Notes: generated by a model not told the origin, from the sequence alone. Counted from the first letter of the stretch, positions 45,864 through 57,418 are shown. The stretch: 64,000 nucleotides of DNA from an uncultured Phocaeicola sp. (GCA_964611375.1 CAZSYY010000006.1:12-64011), one strand, 5' to 3'. Made by a program: numbers and translations.

Positions 45864-48710
45864 ATGAAAACAACAACATTCGCCCGCAGACACATAGGAA
45901 TAAATGAAGAAGACATACCTGTCATGCTGAAGGAAATAGGGGTAAGTACCCTTGATGAACTGATTGACAAGACCGTCCCAGCCAATATCCGCCTTAAGGA
46001 GAAGCTGCAACTCGATCCACCAATGACCGAACGGGAATTTGCCATACATATATCCTCGCTCGCTTCACAGAACAAGATATACAAATCATATATCGGAACA
46101 GGATGGTATGATACGGTCACTCCGGCAGTTATCAGAAGAAATGTGTTCGAGAACCCCGTATGGTACACTTCATACACGCCGTATCAGGCAGAAATTTCAC
46201 AGGGACGCCTTGAAGCACTGATGAACTTCCAGACTATGGTATGCGACATGACCGCCATGCCGCTGGCCAACTGTTCGCTGCTGGACGAAGCGACAGCCGC
46301 TGCCGAAGCCGCTGCCATGATGTACGCGCTGCGCAGCCGCACACAACAGAACAGCGGAGCAGACACGCTGTTCGTCGATGAAGAAATGTTTCCGCAGGTA
46401 CTGGCCGTAATCCGCACGCGTGCTCTGCCGCAGGGCATCAACGTAAGAGTTGGCAACTACAAGACCATGACGTTTACCCCTGACATTTTCGGCTGCATCA
46501 TCCAATATCCTGGAAACAGCGGAAATGTGGAAGACTATCGGACATTCACCGAACAGGCCCATGCCGCAGGATGCAAGGTTGCCGTAGGCGCCGACATACT
46601 CTCACTGGCTCTGTTAGTGCCTCCTGGTGAATGGGGAGCCGACATAGTGTATGGAAGCACCCAACGGATGGGAATCCCGATGTTTTGCGGAGGGCCATCG
46701 GCCGCTTACTTTGCCACACGCGATGAATTCAAACGCAATATGCCGGGACGCATCATCGGACTTTCAAAGGACAAATACGGTCATCAGTGCTATCGCCTGG
46801 CTCTGCAGACACGTGAACAGCATATCAAACGCGAAAGGGCGACCTCAAATATCTGCACCGCACAGGCACTTCTGGCTGTAATGTCAGGATTCTATGCCAT
46901 TTACCACGGCCCGGAAGGCATCAGAGAAATAGCTGAGAAAATTCATGCTACCGCAGTCTGGCTGTCCGAACATCTCACTAATTTGGGATATATACAGACA
47001 AACGAAACATTCTTCGATACACTGCGTATAAGATTGCCGGAACAGGTCACCGTCATGAAACTTCGGACCATAGCAGAAAGTAACGAAATCAACCTGCGCT
47101 ATTTCGAAAACGGTGACGTGGGTGTCAGCGTTGACGAAACGACCACTGAAGCCGATGCAAATATGCTGGTTTACATTTTCGGAGTCGCGGCAGAAAAGAG
47201 TGTACACAAAAACAATAAAATACCGGATACGGCTCCCGTTCCGGAGAGGCTACGCCGCCAATCAGCTTTTCTCACTCACGAAATTTTCAGCAAATACCAT
47301 ACAGAAACTGAGATGATGCGATACATCAAGCGTCTGGAACGAAAAGACGTATCGCTGACCCATTCCATGATTCCGCTCGGCTCATGTACCATGAAACTGA
47401 ATGCGGCAGCCGAACTGCTCCCACTGGGAGAAAGAGCATGGACGGATATCCATCCACTGGCTCCTGAAGAACAAAAGGAAGGCTACAGGGCACTGATAAA
47501 CAACCTGTCTGACCAGTTGCTTGCTATTACGGGATTCGACGGAGTGACATTCCAGCCCAATTCGGGAGCGGCAGGAGAATATGCCGGACTGCGCATTATC
47601 AGGAGTTACATGGAAAGCATCGGGCAGGGACACCGGAACATTGTGCTGATCCCGGCTTCGGCTCACGGCACTAATCCAGCATCAGCAGTACAGGCAGGTT
47701 ACAAACCGCTCACCTGCGCCTGTGACGAACACGGAAACGTAGACATAAATGATCTGAAAGAAAAGGCGGAAACGAACAAAGACAAACTGGCTGCGCTTAT
47801 GATCACATATCCTTCAACTCACGGCATTTTTGAAGAGGACATCGCGGAGATATGCAGATTCATCCACCAATGCGGGGCACAGGTGTATATGGACGGGGCG
47901 AACATGAACGCACAGGTGGGACTGACAAATCCTGCGACTATCGGAGCCGACCTTTGCCATCTGAACCTGCACAAGACATTTGCCAGTCCGCACGGAGGAG
48001 GAGGTCCGGGAGCGGGACCGGTATGTGTGGCCAGACATTTATTGCCGTTTCTTCCGGGACATGTTTCTGACGGAAACGCAGAGAACGAAGTGTCATCGGC
48101 TCCATACGGGAGTGCGGGAATTTTGCCAATCACATATGCCTACATCTGCATGATGGGCGAAGAAAGCCTCCGCCATGCTACGGAAGCGGCCATACTGAAC
48201 GCCAATTATCTGGCAGCACGCCTGAAAGACACATACGGCATAGTCTATCGGGGAAATAACGGTTTTGTCGGACACGAAATGATTCTGGAATGCCGCAACA
48301 TCCATAAAGAGAGCGGAGTCTCTGAAGATGATATCGCAAAAAGGCTGATGGATTACGGTTATCACGCCCCTACTCTATCCTTTCCCGTTCACGGTACACT
48401 TATGATTGAACCTACTGAAAGCGAAAGCCTTGCAGAATTAAGACGCTTCGTAGATGCCATGCTGAGTATCTGGAATGAAATCGAAGAAATCAGAAACGGG
48501 GTTGCATCTGAAAGTGATAATGTACTGATTAATGCTCCGCATCCTGAATATGAAGTGACAGGAGATGAGTGGACGCACGAATACGGACGTGAAAAAGCGG
48601 CTTATCCCATCGAATATGTACGCGAGAGCAAGTTTTGGATTAATGTTGCACGCATAGACAATACACTGGGAGACAGAAAGCTGTTGCCTACAAGAAACGA
48701 AACAATATGA
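45864..48710 (+). CDS. gcvP: Glycine dehydrogenase (glycine cleavage P protein)
   Basis: YTPYQAEISQGRLE, TSNICTAQ, PLGSCTMK, HLNLHKTF (PLP Lys), EPTESE. Confidence 0.97.
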   Translation: MKTTTFARRHIGINEEDIPVMLKEIGVSTLDELIDKTVPANIRLKEKLQLDPPMTEREFAIHISSLASQNKIYKSYIGTGWYDTVTPAVIRRNVFENPVWYTSYTPYQAEISQGRLEALMNFQTMVCDMTAMPLANCSLLDEATAAAEAAAMMYALRSRTQQNSGADTLFVDEEMFPQVLAVIRTRALPQGINVRVGNYKTMTFTPDIFGCIIQYPGNSGNVEDYRTFTEQAHAAGCKVAVGADILSLALLVPPGEWGADIVYGSTQRMGIPMFCGGPSAAYFATRDEFKRNMPGRIIGLSKDKYGHQCYRLALQTREQHIKRERATSNICTAQALLAVMSGFYAIYHGPEGIREIAEKIHATAVWLSEHLTNLGYIQTNETFFDTLRIRLPEQVTVMKLRTIAESNEINLRYFENGDVGVSVDETTTEADANMLVYIFGVAAEKSVHKNNKIPDTAPVPERLRRQSAFLTHEIFSKYHTETEMMRYIKRLERKDVSLTHSMIPLGSCTMKLNAAAELLPLGERAWTDIHPLAPEEQKEGYRALINNLSDQLLAITGFDGVTFQPNSGAAGEYAGLRIIRSYMESIGQGHRNIVLIPASAHGTNPASAVQAGYKPLTCACDEHGNVDINDLKEKAETNKDKLAALMITYPSTHGIFEEDIAEICRFIHQCGAQVYMDGANMNAQVGLTNPATIGADLCHLNLHKTFASPHGGGGPGAGPVCVARHLLPFLPGHVSDGNAENEVSSAPYGSAGILPITYAYICMMGEESLRHATEAAILNANYLAARLKDTYGIVYRGNNGFVGHEMILECRNIHKESGVSEDDIAKRLMDYGYHAPTLSFPVHGTLMIEPTESESLAELRRFVDAMLSIWNEIEEIRNGVASESDNVLINAPHPEYEVTGDEWTHEYGREKAAYPIEYVRESKFWINVARIDNTLGDRKLLPTRNETI

Positions 48711-50032
48711 CTGCGATGAGACACGAACAATCATATTACCTGCATCCGGAACTGGAGACTATGTCCCGTCCGGAGATTGAAAAGCTACAGATAGAAAGAC
48801 TGAAGGATACCATAGCACGTTGCATGCACTCTCCTTTCTACAGGCAACGTTTTGACGAAGCTGGTCTGAAGCCTGAGGATATCCGCTCGCTTGATGACCT
48901 GCAGAAAGTTCCTTTTACCACAAAGCAGGATTTGCGCGACCACTATCCCTTTGGACTTTCAGCGGTTCCGTTGGAGGAAGTAGTACGGCTGCACTCTTCA
49001 AGCGGAACAACAGGAACGCCCACGGTAATCCTGCATACCCGGCATGACCTTGATGAATGGGCCAAAGCTGTGGCACGCTGTCTCTACATGGTTGGATTGC
49101 GAAAAGGTGACATCTTCCAGAACTCTTCGGGGTACGGTATGTTCACGGGCGGACTGGGATTCCAGTACGGAGCAGAAAAGTTAGGAATGTTGACTGTCCC
49201 GGCAGCCGCAGGGAACACCAAACGGCAGATCAAATTTATCACAGATTTCGGGACGACAGCACTCCATGCCATTCCGAGCTATGCCGGAAGGCTGTACGAG
49301 GTGATGGAAGAAATGGGTATTGATCCGCGCCGTGACACAAGGCTCCGCACATTGATTATAGGGGCTGAACCCCATTCCGACGAACAGCGGAGACGAATTG
49401 AAAACATGCTTGGAGTAAAGGCATACAACTCGTTCGGCATGTCGGAAATGTGCGGACCCGGAGTGGCATTTGAATGTCAAGAACAGAACGGGCTGCACAT
49501 ATGGGAAGACTACTACATAGTGGAGATCGTGGATCCCGTCACACTTGAACCTGTCCCTGAGGGAGAGGTGGGAGAACTGGTGCTCACCACCATCAACCGT
49601 GAGGCCATGCCGCTGCTGCGCTACCGCACACGTGACCTCACTTGCATACTGCCGGGCGACTGTCCCTGCGGACGCCATCACAAACGGCTCGACAGGATGA
49701 AAGGACGGAGTGACGACATGATGATACTGAAGGGAGTAAATATCTTCCCGATACAGATCGAAAATATACTGATGCAGTTCAAGGAGCTTGGCAACGAATA
49801 CCTTATCACTTTGACCAACCTTGAAGCCAACGACGAGATGACCGTTGAGGTGGAGGTGAACGAATTCATCGATGACTACGGATTCCTGCAAGGACTGACC
49901 AAGGAAATCACACGACAGCTGAAAGACGAGATACTTATCACTCCGCGTGTGAAACTTCTTCCGAAAGGAAGCCTTCCAAAGCAGGAGGGAAAAGCAGTCC
50001 GTGTGAAAGACCTGCGCCGGACACTGATATGA
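48707..50032 (+). CDS. paaK: Phenylacetate-CoA ligase family protein
   Basis: HSSSGTTGTP, YGMFTGGLG, IIGAEP, FGMSEMCGPG, LRYRTRD, GRSDDM; alternative start at 48716. Confidence 0.9.
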   Translation: MTAMRHEQSYYLHPELETMSRPEIEKLQIERLKDTIARCMHSPFYRQRFDEAGLKPEDIRSLDDLQKVPFTTKQDLRDHYPFGLSAVPLEEVVRLHSSSGTTGTPTVILHTRHDLDEWAKAVARCLYMVGLRKGDIFQNSSGYGMFTGGLGFQYGAEKLGMLTVPAAAGNTKRQIKFITDFGTTALHAIPSYAGRLYEVMEEMGIDPRRDTRLRTLIIGAEPHSDEQRRRIENMLGVKAYNSFGMSEMCGPGVAFECQEQNGLHIWEDYYIVEIVDPVTLEPVPEGEVGELVLTTINREAMPLLRYRTRDLTCILPGDCPCGRHHKRLDRMKGRSDDMMILKGVNIFPIQIENILMQFKELGNEYLITLTNLEANDEMTVEVEVNEFIDDYGFLQGLTKEITRQLKDEILITPRVKLLPKGSLPKQEGKAVRVKDLRRTLI

Positions 50033-50063
50033 TTTTCCGTTATAACCCTCAAATATCAGAAAT

Positions 50064-50492
50064 ATGACCGTACATCAATTATCTGTATTTATAGAAAACA
50101 AGTCGGGTACGCTGCTGCGTGTGCTCGAACTTCTGAAAGAAGCAGATATCCAACTGATTGCCTCCACCATCTCCGACACTGTGGAATATGGCATCTACCG
50201 CATCATCTGCTCTGAACCGATAAGAGCCTACGATACGCTGAAAGAAGCGGGCATATCAACCAACCTTTCTGAAGTGTTCGCCATCATGCTTGACAACACT
50301 CCCGGACGTGCTGCCGATGCCATACGCAGCTTCAGCGAAACCGGAATAGGCATCTCATACCTCTACTCGTTCCTGCTTTCAGGCAAGGGAATATTGGTGT
50401 TCCGCACCGACAATCCGGAGCTGACACGCAAAGTGATTACAGAGAAGAAATTACAATACATAGAAGAAAAACATCTCCTCGAAATGGCCTAA
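50064..50492 (+). CDS. Double ACT-domain protein
   Basis: QLSVFIENKSG...DTVEYGIYRII...DNTPG; usual paaK neighbour. Confidence 0.88.
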   Translation: MTVHQLSVFIENKSGTLLRVLELLKEADIQLIASTISDTVEYGIYRIICSEPIRAYDTLKEAGISTNLSEVFAIMLDNTPGRAADAIRSFSETGIGISYLYSFLLSGKGILVFRTDNPELTRKVITEKKLQYIEEKHLLEMA

Positions 50493-50878
50493 AGGAAAGT
50501 GACATTCCTGTTGAGCATAAAATTGACGGAACCGTAAATGAACAGGCCAAGAAACTGGGCAAGGTATTCGTTGCAATCCAACAGCTCTACCAACACCAGC
50601 AGAAACAGGAATTGGGCACTGTAGGCCAGAAGGAATGCTAAGCCAAAGAACAGCATCTGACGCCAGATGCTGTTCTTTTTACTATTGCCTTTTATCGGAA
50701 ATATCCAATATTTGCACCAGATGAAATTGTGAATCTGTGCAACGATATAGGCAATTATGTTCGCTGTGATGTAGCTCTCCCCCTCAATGTGCATCAACAT
50801 CCATACCACCACTGCGGTAATCAACGCATTGAGCGTGCCTACTATCGCAAAGCGAAAAATGCGGACAGTCTCTTTCAT
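50489..50878 (-). CDS. GtrA-family membrane protein
   Basis: RFAIVGTLN, ANIIAY, NFIWCKYWIF; four TM segments. Confidence 0.88.
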   Translation of the reverse strand: MKETVRIFRFAIVGTLNALITAVVVWMLMHIEGESYITANIIAYIVAQIHNFIWCKYWIFPIKGNSKKNSIWRQMLFFGLAFLLAYSAQFLFLLVLVELLDCNEYLAQFLGLFIYGSVNFMLNRNVTFL

Positions 50879-50912
50879 CCGGTAACTTCTTGCCTATTTT
50901 GCGTTTATCTAT

Positions 50913-52670
50913 TTACTCGATGTCGTCTATCTTCAGATGAAGCTCGTCAAGTTGCTTTTCGTCAAGATATCCGGGTGCGTCAAGCATCACATCGCGACCG
51001 GAATTGTTTTTCGGGAAAGCAATGCAGTCGCGGATGGAATCCAGTCCGGCAAACAACGACACCCAACGGTCGAGACCGTAGGCCAGCCCTCCATGAGGAG
51101 GTGCACCAAACTTGAAAGCGTTCATTAGGAAGCCGAACTGCTCCTGAGCCTTTTCCGGCGTAAATCCCAGTATCTCGAACATCTTTTCCTGAAGTGCAGG
51201 ATCATGAATACGGATTGAGCCTCCGCCAACCTCAACACCGTTGATTACCATATCGTAGGCATCGGCCCTGACAGCGGCAGGGTCAGTGTCAAGCAGAGGA
51301 ATATCCTCGTCTTTAGGATGAGTGAAAGGATGGTGCATTGCCATCAGACGGCCTTCTTCGTCGCTCCACTCGAACATCGGGAAATCGACCACCCACAGGC
51401 AGGCGAATTTGTCCTTATCCCGCAAGCCAAGACGGTTGCCCATTTCAAGACGCAATTCACACAACTGTTTGCGTGTCTTCATGGCATCGTCACCGCTCAT
51501 AATCAGTATCAGGTCGCCAGGTTTTGCGCCGAACGCATTCTTCAGTTCCTGAAGCGTCTCTTGGCTATAGAACTTGTCAACACTCGACTTCACGTTGCCG
51601 TCTGCCTCCACACGTGCATAAACCAGGCCTTTGGCACCGATTTGCGGACGTTTCACGAAATCCGTCAGCTGGTCAAGCTGCTTGCGCGTATAGCTTGCCG
51701 CTCCTTCGGCACAGATACCTCCGATATAGGCGGCACTGTCGAACACGAGGAATCCGTAGCCTTTCATCACGTCCATAAGCTCAACGATCTTCATTCCGAA
51801 ACGCAGGTCGGGTTTGTCGCTGCCATAATATTTCATGGCATCCGCCCACGGCATCCGCAAGAACGGCTCATCAAGTTCCACGCCCCTCAATGTCCTGAAC
51901 AGGTGTCTTGTCATACCCTCGAATGTTTGGATAATGTCTTCCTGTTCCACGAAACTCATCTCACAGTCTATCTGTGTAAATTCAGGCTGGCGGTCGGCAC
52001 GCAAATCTTCGTCACGGAAACACTTTACAATCTGGAAATAGCGGTCGAAACCTGAAACCATCAACAGCTGCTTCAGTGTCTGGGGCGATTGTGGAAGCGC
52101 GTAGAACTGTCCCGGATTCATGCGGGAAGGCACCACAAAATCGCGTGCACCCTCCGGCGTCGATCCGATGAGCATCGGCGTCTCAACCTCAAGGAAGCCC
52201 TTGCCGTCGAGATAACGGCGCACTTCCATCGTCATTCTGTGGCGAAGTTCCATATTCTTGCGCACAACGGTACGGCGCAAATCCAAATAGCGGTATTTCA
52301 TCCGCAGGTCGTCACCTCCGTCGGTATTGTCCTCGATGGTGAACGGAGGAGTCTGCGCAGCGTTCAGCACATTCAGTTCAGACACCGTTATTTCGATTTC
52401 GCCCGTAGGGATGTGTGTATTCTTGTTCGACCTCTCGCTGACCGTTCCTTTGACCTGAACAACAAATTCCCGTCCCAGATGATTGGCACGTTCGCAAAGT
52501 TCTGTATCGGCCTCTGCATTGAATACCAGCTGTGTGATGCCATAGCGGTCGCGCAGATCCACAAATGTCATTCCTCCCATCTTGCGCACACGCTGCACCC
52601 ATCCGGCCAGCGTCACGCTCTTGCCTGCATCGGCGAGCCGCAACTCACCGCAAGTATGACTTCTGAACAT
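50913..52670 (-). CDS. aspS: Aspartate-tRNA ligase
   Basis: [47 protein letters not shown]. Confidence 0.98.
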   Translation of the reverse strand: MFRSHTCGELRLADAGKSVTLAGWVQRVRKMGGMTFVDLRDRYGITQLVFNAEADTELCERANHLGREFVVQVKGTVSERSNKNTHIPTGEIEITVSELNVLNAAQTPPFTIEDNTDGGDDLRMKYRYLDLRRTVVRKNMELRHRMTMEVRRYLDGKGFLEVETPMLIGSTPEGARDFVVPSRMNPGQFYALPQSPQTLKQLLMVSGFDRYFQIVKCFRDEDLRADRQPEFTQIDCEMSFVEQEDIIQTFEGMTRHLFRTLRGVELDEPFLRMPWADAMKYYGSDKPDLRFGMKIVELMDVMKGYGFLVFDSAAYIGGICAEGAASYTRKQLDQLTDFVKRPQIGAKGLVYARVEADGNVKSSVDKFYSQETLQELKNAFGAKPGDLILIMSGDDAMKTRKQLCELRLEMGNRLGLRDKDKFACLWVVDFPMFEWSDEEGRLMAMHHPFTHPKDEDIPLLDTDPAAVRADAYDMVINGVEVGGGSIRIHDPALQEKMFEILGFTPEKAQEQFGFLMNAFKFGAPPHGGLAYGLDRWVSLFAGLDSIRDCIAFPKNNSGRDVMLDAPGYLDEKQLDELHLKIDDIE

Positions 52671-52919
52671 ATCTGTATGCTATTTTTTTATTCCAAACGG
52701 AGGCAAAGGTAGCATCTATTTTTGACTTATGCAATATGCTGTCCGGGCCTTTCATCAAAACAGGCCGTCGTTCAGGCCGGAACATCAGTTTGTCTTACAT
52801 AAGATGTCCGCCCGCTTATTTTGGACAATAATCATGCAATATAATTGCATCAAAAAATAAAAAGATATAATTTTGCCTTGCTTTTTTAACATAACAGACA
52901 AAACACAAAATTAATAATT

Positions 52920-53867
52920 ATGACAACAGAACATGTAAAATGCCTTATCATCGGATCCGGACCTGCCGGATATACAGCCGCAATATATACGGGACGGGCA
53001 AACCTTGCTCCCGTAATGTATGAAGGCATACAGTCGGGAGGACAGCTTACCATCACCACTGAGGTGGAGAATTTTCCGGGTTATCCCGAAGGGGTGACAG
53101 GCCCTGTCCTGATGGATGACCTCCGCAGGCAGGCTGAACGTTTCGGTGTCGATATCCGCAGCGGAATTGTAACAAAAGCAGATTTGGGAAAGGCGCCATA
53201 TACATTTATCATTGATGAAGAAAAGGAAATCACTGCCGACACGGTCATCATCGCCACCGGAGCCACAGCAAAATATCTTGGACTGGAGGACGAAAAGAAG
53301 TATGCCGGCATGGGAGTAAGCGCATGTGCCACGTGCGACGGATTCTTCTATCGTAAGAAGACGGTTGCCGTAGTGGGCGGAGGAGACACTGCCTGTGAAG
53401 AAGCCCTTTATCTGGCGGGACTGGCAAGCAAGGTATATATGGTCGTGCGGAAACCATATCTTCGCGCCTCCAAGATCATGCAGGAACGCGTTATGAACCA
53501 TCCAGGAATTACGGTGCTTTTCGAGCACAACGCCATAGGACTGTACGGAGAAAACGGGGTGGAAGGAATGCATGTGGTGAGACGTAGCGGCATGCCCGAC
53601 GAGGAACATTATGACGTGCCAATCGACGGATTCTTCCTTGCCATCGGATACAATCCCAACTCCGGCATATTCAAGCCGTGGGTGAAGACCGATGAGACCG
53701 GATACATCATCACCGAACCGGGTACGCCACGCACGGGAATACCGGGTGTGTTTGCCGCCGGTGATGTAGCCGACCCGCACTACCGCCAGGCCGTCACTGC
53801 GGCAGGAAGCGGATGCATGGCGGCCCTCGAAGCCGAACGTTATCTGTCGGCACAGGGAATGCTGTGA
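52920..53867 (+). CDS. trxB: Thioredoxin reductase
   Basis: IIGSGPAG, GGQL, ENFPG, SACATCDG, GGGDTA, FAAGDV. Confidence 0.97.
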   Translation: MTTEHVKCLIIGSGPAGYTAAIYTGRANLAPVMYEGIQSGGQLTITTEVENFPGYPEGVTGPVLMDDLRRQAERFGVDIRSGIVTKADLGKAPYTFIIDEEKEITADTVIIATGATAKYLGLEDEKKYAGMGVSACATCDGFFYRKKTVAVVGGGDTACEEALYLAGLASKVYMVVRKPYLRASKIMQERVMNHPGITVLFEHNAIGLYGENGVEGMHVVRRSGMPDEEHYDVPIDGFFLAIGYNPNSGIFKPWVKTDETGYIITEPGTPRTGIPGVFAAGDVADPHYRQAVTAAGSGCMAALEAERYLSAQGML

Positions 53868-53904
53868 TACGGAACATACGAGTACAAAAAATAAATATTG
53901 ATTT

Positions 53905-56718
53905 ATGAAGAACATTTTCAGAAGAGCCTTTGCAGCTTTCCTGCTGATAGGAAGCGTAGCAACGACATTTGCCCAGCAAATGCCTCCCATCCCGACAGAT
54001 CCCAACGTGCGCATAGGCAAGTTGGACAACGGACTGACCTACTACATCCGCCACAACGGACTGCCCGAAAACCAGGCCTATTTCTATATAGCCCAAAAGG
54101 TGGGTTCCATTCTCGAGGAAGACAACCAGCGTGGTCTGGCGCATTTCCTTGAACACATGTGTTTCAACGGAACAACACATTTTCCGGACAGCCTGCTCCG
54201 GGAATATCTGGAACATAACGGAGTGAAGTTTGGCAGCAACCTCAATGCCTATACATCGGTTGACGAAACCGTTTACAACATAACGAACGTGCCGGTGCGC
54301 GACGGACTTGTTGACTCCTGCCTGCTGATACTGCACGACTGGGCGAACGATCTGACTCTCGACCCGAAACAGATAGACAAGGAACGTAGCGTCATACACG
54401 AAGAATGGCGCACACGCACAGGTGCTATGATGCGCATGTACGAAAAGGTGTTCCCCATCATTTATAAGGACAGCAAATATGCTTACCGCCTGCCCATCGG
54501 GACAATGGAGGTAGTGGACAACTTCCCCTATCAGGCGTTGCGTGACTATTACGAGAAATGGTACCGCCCCGACCAACAGGGTATCATCGTTGTAGGTGAC
54601 ATCGACGTTGACAGGATAGAACAGAAAATCACAGAGATTTTCTCTTCCATCGAGATGCCGGAAAATGCCGCTGTACGCGAATACTTCCCGGTACCGGACA
54701 ACAGCGAACCGATTGTGGCTATTGCAAAGGACAAGGAACAGGATGTACCGGTCATCTATCTGTTCCACAAGCATGATGCTATTCCGAACGAGCAGAAAGG
54801 CAGCATGGACTACCTTGTCATTACCTATATCAAGTCTATGATTTCCAGTATGTTGAACGCTCGTCTGAACGAACTCATGCAACGCAGCGATCCTCCGTTC
54901 CTTGAAGCATTCACCTATGACGGTGATTTTGCCGTGGCAAAGACAAAGAGCGCATTCACCGGCATAGCCGCCGCAAAGGAAGACGGCATCACGACATCAA
55001 CCGAAACGCTGATGAAGGAGATTGAACGGGTACGCCGCTTCGGTTTTACAGCCAGTGAATACACCCGTGCAAGGATAGACTATCTGAGAAAGCTCGAAGT
55101 GGCCTATAACGAACGCGACAAACAAAAGACGAATACATACGTCAACGAGTATGTCAGACATTTCATAGACAACGAGCCTATTCCCGGAATCGAATATGAA
55201 TATACCGTCATGAACCAGCTGGCACCCGGCATTCCGGTGGAGGCGGTCAACGAAGTCATGAAACAGTTCATCGGAGAGGAAAACATCGTACTGTGTGTGT
55301 TCTGTCCCGACAAGGAAACGATGAACTATCCGACAGAAGACGATTTGAAAGCTATTATAGAAAGAGTGCGCACGGAAGAACTGGAACCGTATGTGGATAA
55401 GGTGTCCGACGAGCCGCTGATGAATGAAGAGCCTGTTGGCGGCAAGGTAATAAAGACAGAAGACGGGCAGTTCGGATCCACAATAATGACTTTGAACAAC
55501 GGGGTGCGTGTCATCGTGAAAAGCACTGACTTCAAGGCTGATGAGATCCGCATGACAGCGTTCAGTCCAGGCGGCAACTCACTGTTCAGTGACAGCGATG
55601 TATTGCAATACTATATGCTGAACGATATTGTGCTGGCTGGCGGACTTGGCAATTTCAGTAGCGTGGACCTTGAAAAGGTGCTTGCCGGGAAAGTTGCTTC
55701 CGCCGACGCTTCAGTGGGAAGACTGACCGAAGGCCTGAACGGAGGCTGCTCGCCGAAAGACCTTGAAACGATGTTGCAGCTCACCTATCTGCGGTTTACA
55801 GCGCCACGCATGGATGAGGAAGCGTTCACATCACTCATACAGCGCAACAAGGCGGCACTGAGCAATCAGGAGGCCAACCCGATGTCCGCATTTGCCGATA
55901 CGTTGAAAGTTGCCCTCTACGACAATCATCCGCGTGCGCTCAGCCTTAAGGCAGACATGCTTGATGAAATAGATTACAACAAGGTGATGTCACTTTACAG
56001 GGACCGCTTCGCCGATGCGAGCGACTTCACATTTATTCTTGTAGGAAATGTTGACACGGCAACTGCAACCCCGCTGATCGAACAGTATCTTGGAGGACTG
56101 CCTGCCATAAGACGTCAGGAAAACTTCCGCGACACAAAGCTGGACATACGTCCGGGAATTTACAACAACGATTTCGTCCGCCAGTTGGAAACACCGAAAG
56201 CGACCGTTGTGATAATAAACAGCGGCAAATGTGAATACAATCAGAAGAACAATCTCCTGATGAACATTATGGGACAACTGCTGCGCATCATCTATACCCA
56301 GACGGTACGTGAGGAAGCGGGTGGTACATATGGCGTAAGCTGTTACGGATCGCTTAGCAAATATCCAAAAGAGGAAGGCATGTTCCAGATCTATTTCGAT
56401 ACCGACCCAGCAAGACGCGCCGATATGGTGGAACTGATAAAGGAAGGCATTCATAATTTCATAGCCGAAGGACCGAATGAAGGCGACCTGAACAAGGTAA
56501 AGGAATATATGCTGAAGACCTACCGGCAGAACCAGAAAGAAAACGAATATTGGATTGAAATGCTTCAGGAATATTACTGGGAGAATATCGATATGGATAC
56601 TGATTACGAGCAGATGGTGGAAAGCATCAGTGTGAACGACCTGAGAGAGTTTGCCAAGGCTTTCTTCGAACAGAACAACCAGATTGAAGTAAGCATGAGT
56701 TCTCCGACCGACAAATAG
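53905..56718 (+). CDS. M16 (PqqL-like) zinc metallopeptidase
   Basis: Signal peptide; GKLDNGLTYYI, GLAHFLEH (HxxEH), NAYTS, VREEAGGTY. Confidence 0.93.
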   Translation: MKNIFRRAFAAFLLIGSVATTFAQQMPPIPTDPNVRIGKLDNGLTYYIRHNGLPENQAYFYIAQKVGSILEEDNQRGLAHFLEHMCFNGTTHFPDSLLREYLEHNGVKFGSNLNAYTSVDETVYNITNVPVRDGLVDSCLLILHDWANDLTLDPKQIDKERSVIHEEWRTRTGAMMRMYEKVFPIIYKDSKYAYRLPIGTMEVVDNFPYQALRDYYEKWYRPDQQGIIVVGDIDVDRIEQKITEIFSSIEMPENAAVREYFPVPDNSEPIVAIAKDKEQDVPVIYLFHKHDAIPNEQKGSMDYLVITYIKSMISSMLNARLNELMQRSDPPFLEAFTYDGDFAVAKTKSAFTGIAAAKEDGITTSTETLMKEIERVRRFGFTASEYTRARIDYLRKLEVAYNERDKQKTNTYVNEYVRHFIDNEPIPGIEYEYTVMNQLAPGIPVEAVNEVMKQFIGEENIVLCVFCPDKETMNYPTEDDLKAIIERVRTEELEPYVDKVSDEPLMNEEPVGGKVIKTEDGQFGSTIMTLNNGVRVIVKSTDFKADEIRMTAFSPGGNSLFSDSDVLQYYMLNDIVLAGGLGNFSSVDLEKVLAGKVASADASVGRLTEGLNGGCSPKDLETMLQLTYLRFTAPRMDEEAFTSLIQRNKAALSNQEANPMSAFADTLKVALYDNHPRALSLKADMLDEIDYNKVMSLYRDRFADASDFTFILVGNVDTATATPLIEQYLGGLPAIRRQENFRDTKLDIRPGIYNNDFVRQLETPKATVVIINSGKCEYNQKNNLLMNIMGQLLRIIYTQTVREEAGGTYGVSCYGSLSKYPKEEGMFQIYFDTDPARRADMVELIKEGIHNFIAEGPNEGDLNKVKEYMLKTYRQNQKENEYWIEMLQEYYWENIDMDTDYEQMVESISVNDLREFAKAFFEQNNQIEVSMSSPTDK

Positions 56719-56763
56719 GAAATGATAATACATTCGGCACAGGGTGCCGGTTAGTATATCAGT

Positions 56764-56812
56764 CACAAAGGACAGCGTGATCACATGAAAGGGTGATACG
56801 CTGTCCTTTGTG
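56764..56812 (+). terminator. Terminator after the trxB-M16 operon
   Basis: 15-bp inverted repeat CACAAAGGACAGCGT/ACGCTGTCCTTTGTG followed by TTTATT. Confidence 0.8.
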
Positions 56813-56887
56813 TTTATTAAATAGTCTAAACAGAAAACCTGGATGAGTGGATTTTCCGTATATTTGCCCGAACATCAGACTCAAGAC

Positions 56888-57418
56888 ATGTCCAGACTAA
56901 TCGTTCCGATAAAATATTTTCTGCTGGCAATCACGGTACAGATGATGCTTTCCTGTAATACTGCCATCCCGAAACTGGACTACCGGGACATTGTCCGTGC
57001 GGCTGTCAGGCTTGAAATGGACATTGATGTGAACGACTATCATCCGCTCTATGTCGAATCGGCAAAATGGATAGGCGTACCTTACCGATACAATGGCAAC
57101 AGCAAAAGCGGAGTGGATTGCTCCGGACTTACCTGCTCCATCTATAAGGAAGTATATCACAAAACTTTAAGCAGGAACTCAGAAGAGCAGCGGACAAAAG
57201 ATTGCAGACGTATATCCAAAAGAAAACTGCGGGAAGGCGACCTCGTGTTCTTCCACGACGGAAAAAAGAAAAAGAAAGCAAGCCATGTTGGGATTTACCT
57301 GAAAGACAATAAGTTCATTCATGCCAGTATCGGACGTGGAGTCATCGTGAGCAGTCTGAATGAACCGGCATACAAAAAAAACTGGATGGGGGGAGGAAGG
57401 ATAACAAAACACCTATGA
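56888..57418 (+). CDS. NlpC/P60 (C40) cell-wall peptidase lipoprotein
   Basis: Lipobox MLSC; WIGVPY, GVDCSG, GDLVFF, SHVGIY, FIHAS. Confidence 0.92.
   Translation: MSRLIVPIKYFLLAITVQMMLSCNTAIPKLDYRDIVRAAVRLEMDIDVNDYHPLYVESAKWIGVPYRYNGNSKSGVDCSGLTCSIYKEVYHKTLSRNSEEQRTKDCRRISKRKLREGDLVFFHDGKKKKKASHVGIYLKDNKFIHASIGRGVIVSSLNEPAYKKNWMGGGRITKHL

Noticed and set aside
52911-54882. Two long minus-strand ORFs (372 and 362 aa)
   Set aside because: Antisense shadows of trxB and the M16 peptidase.
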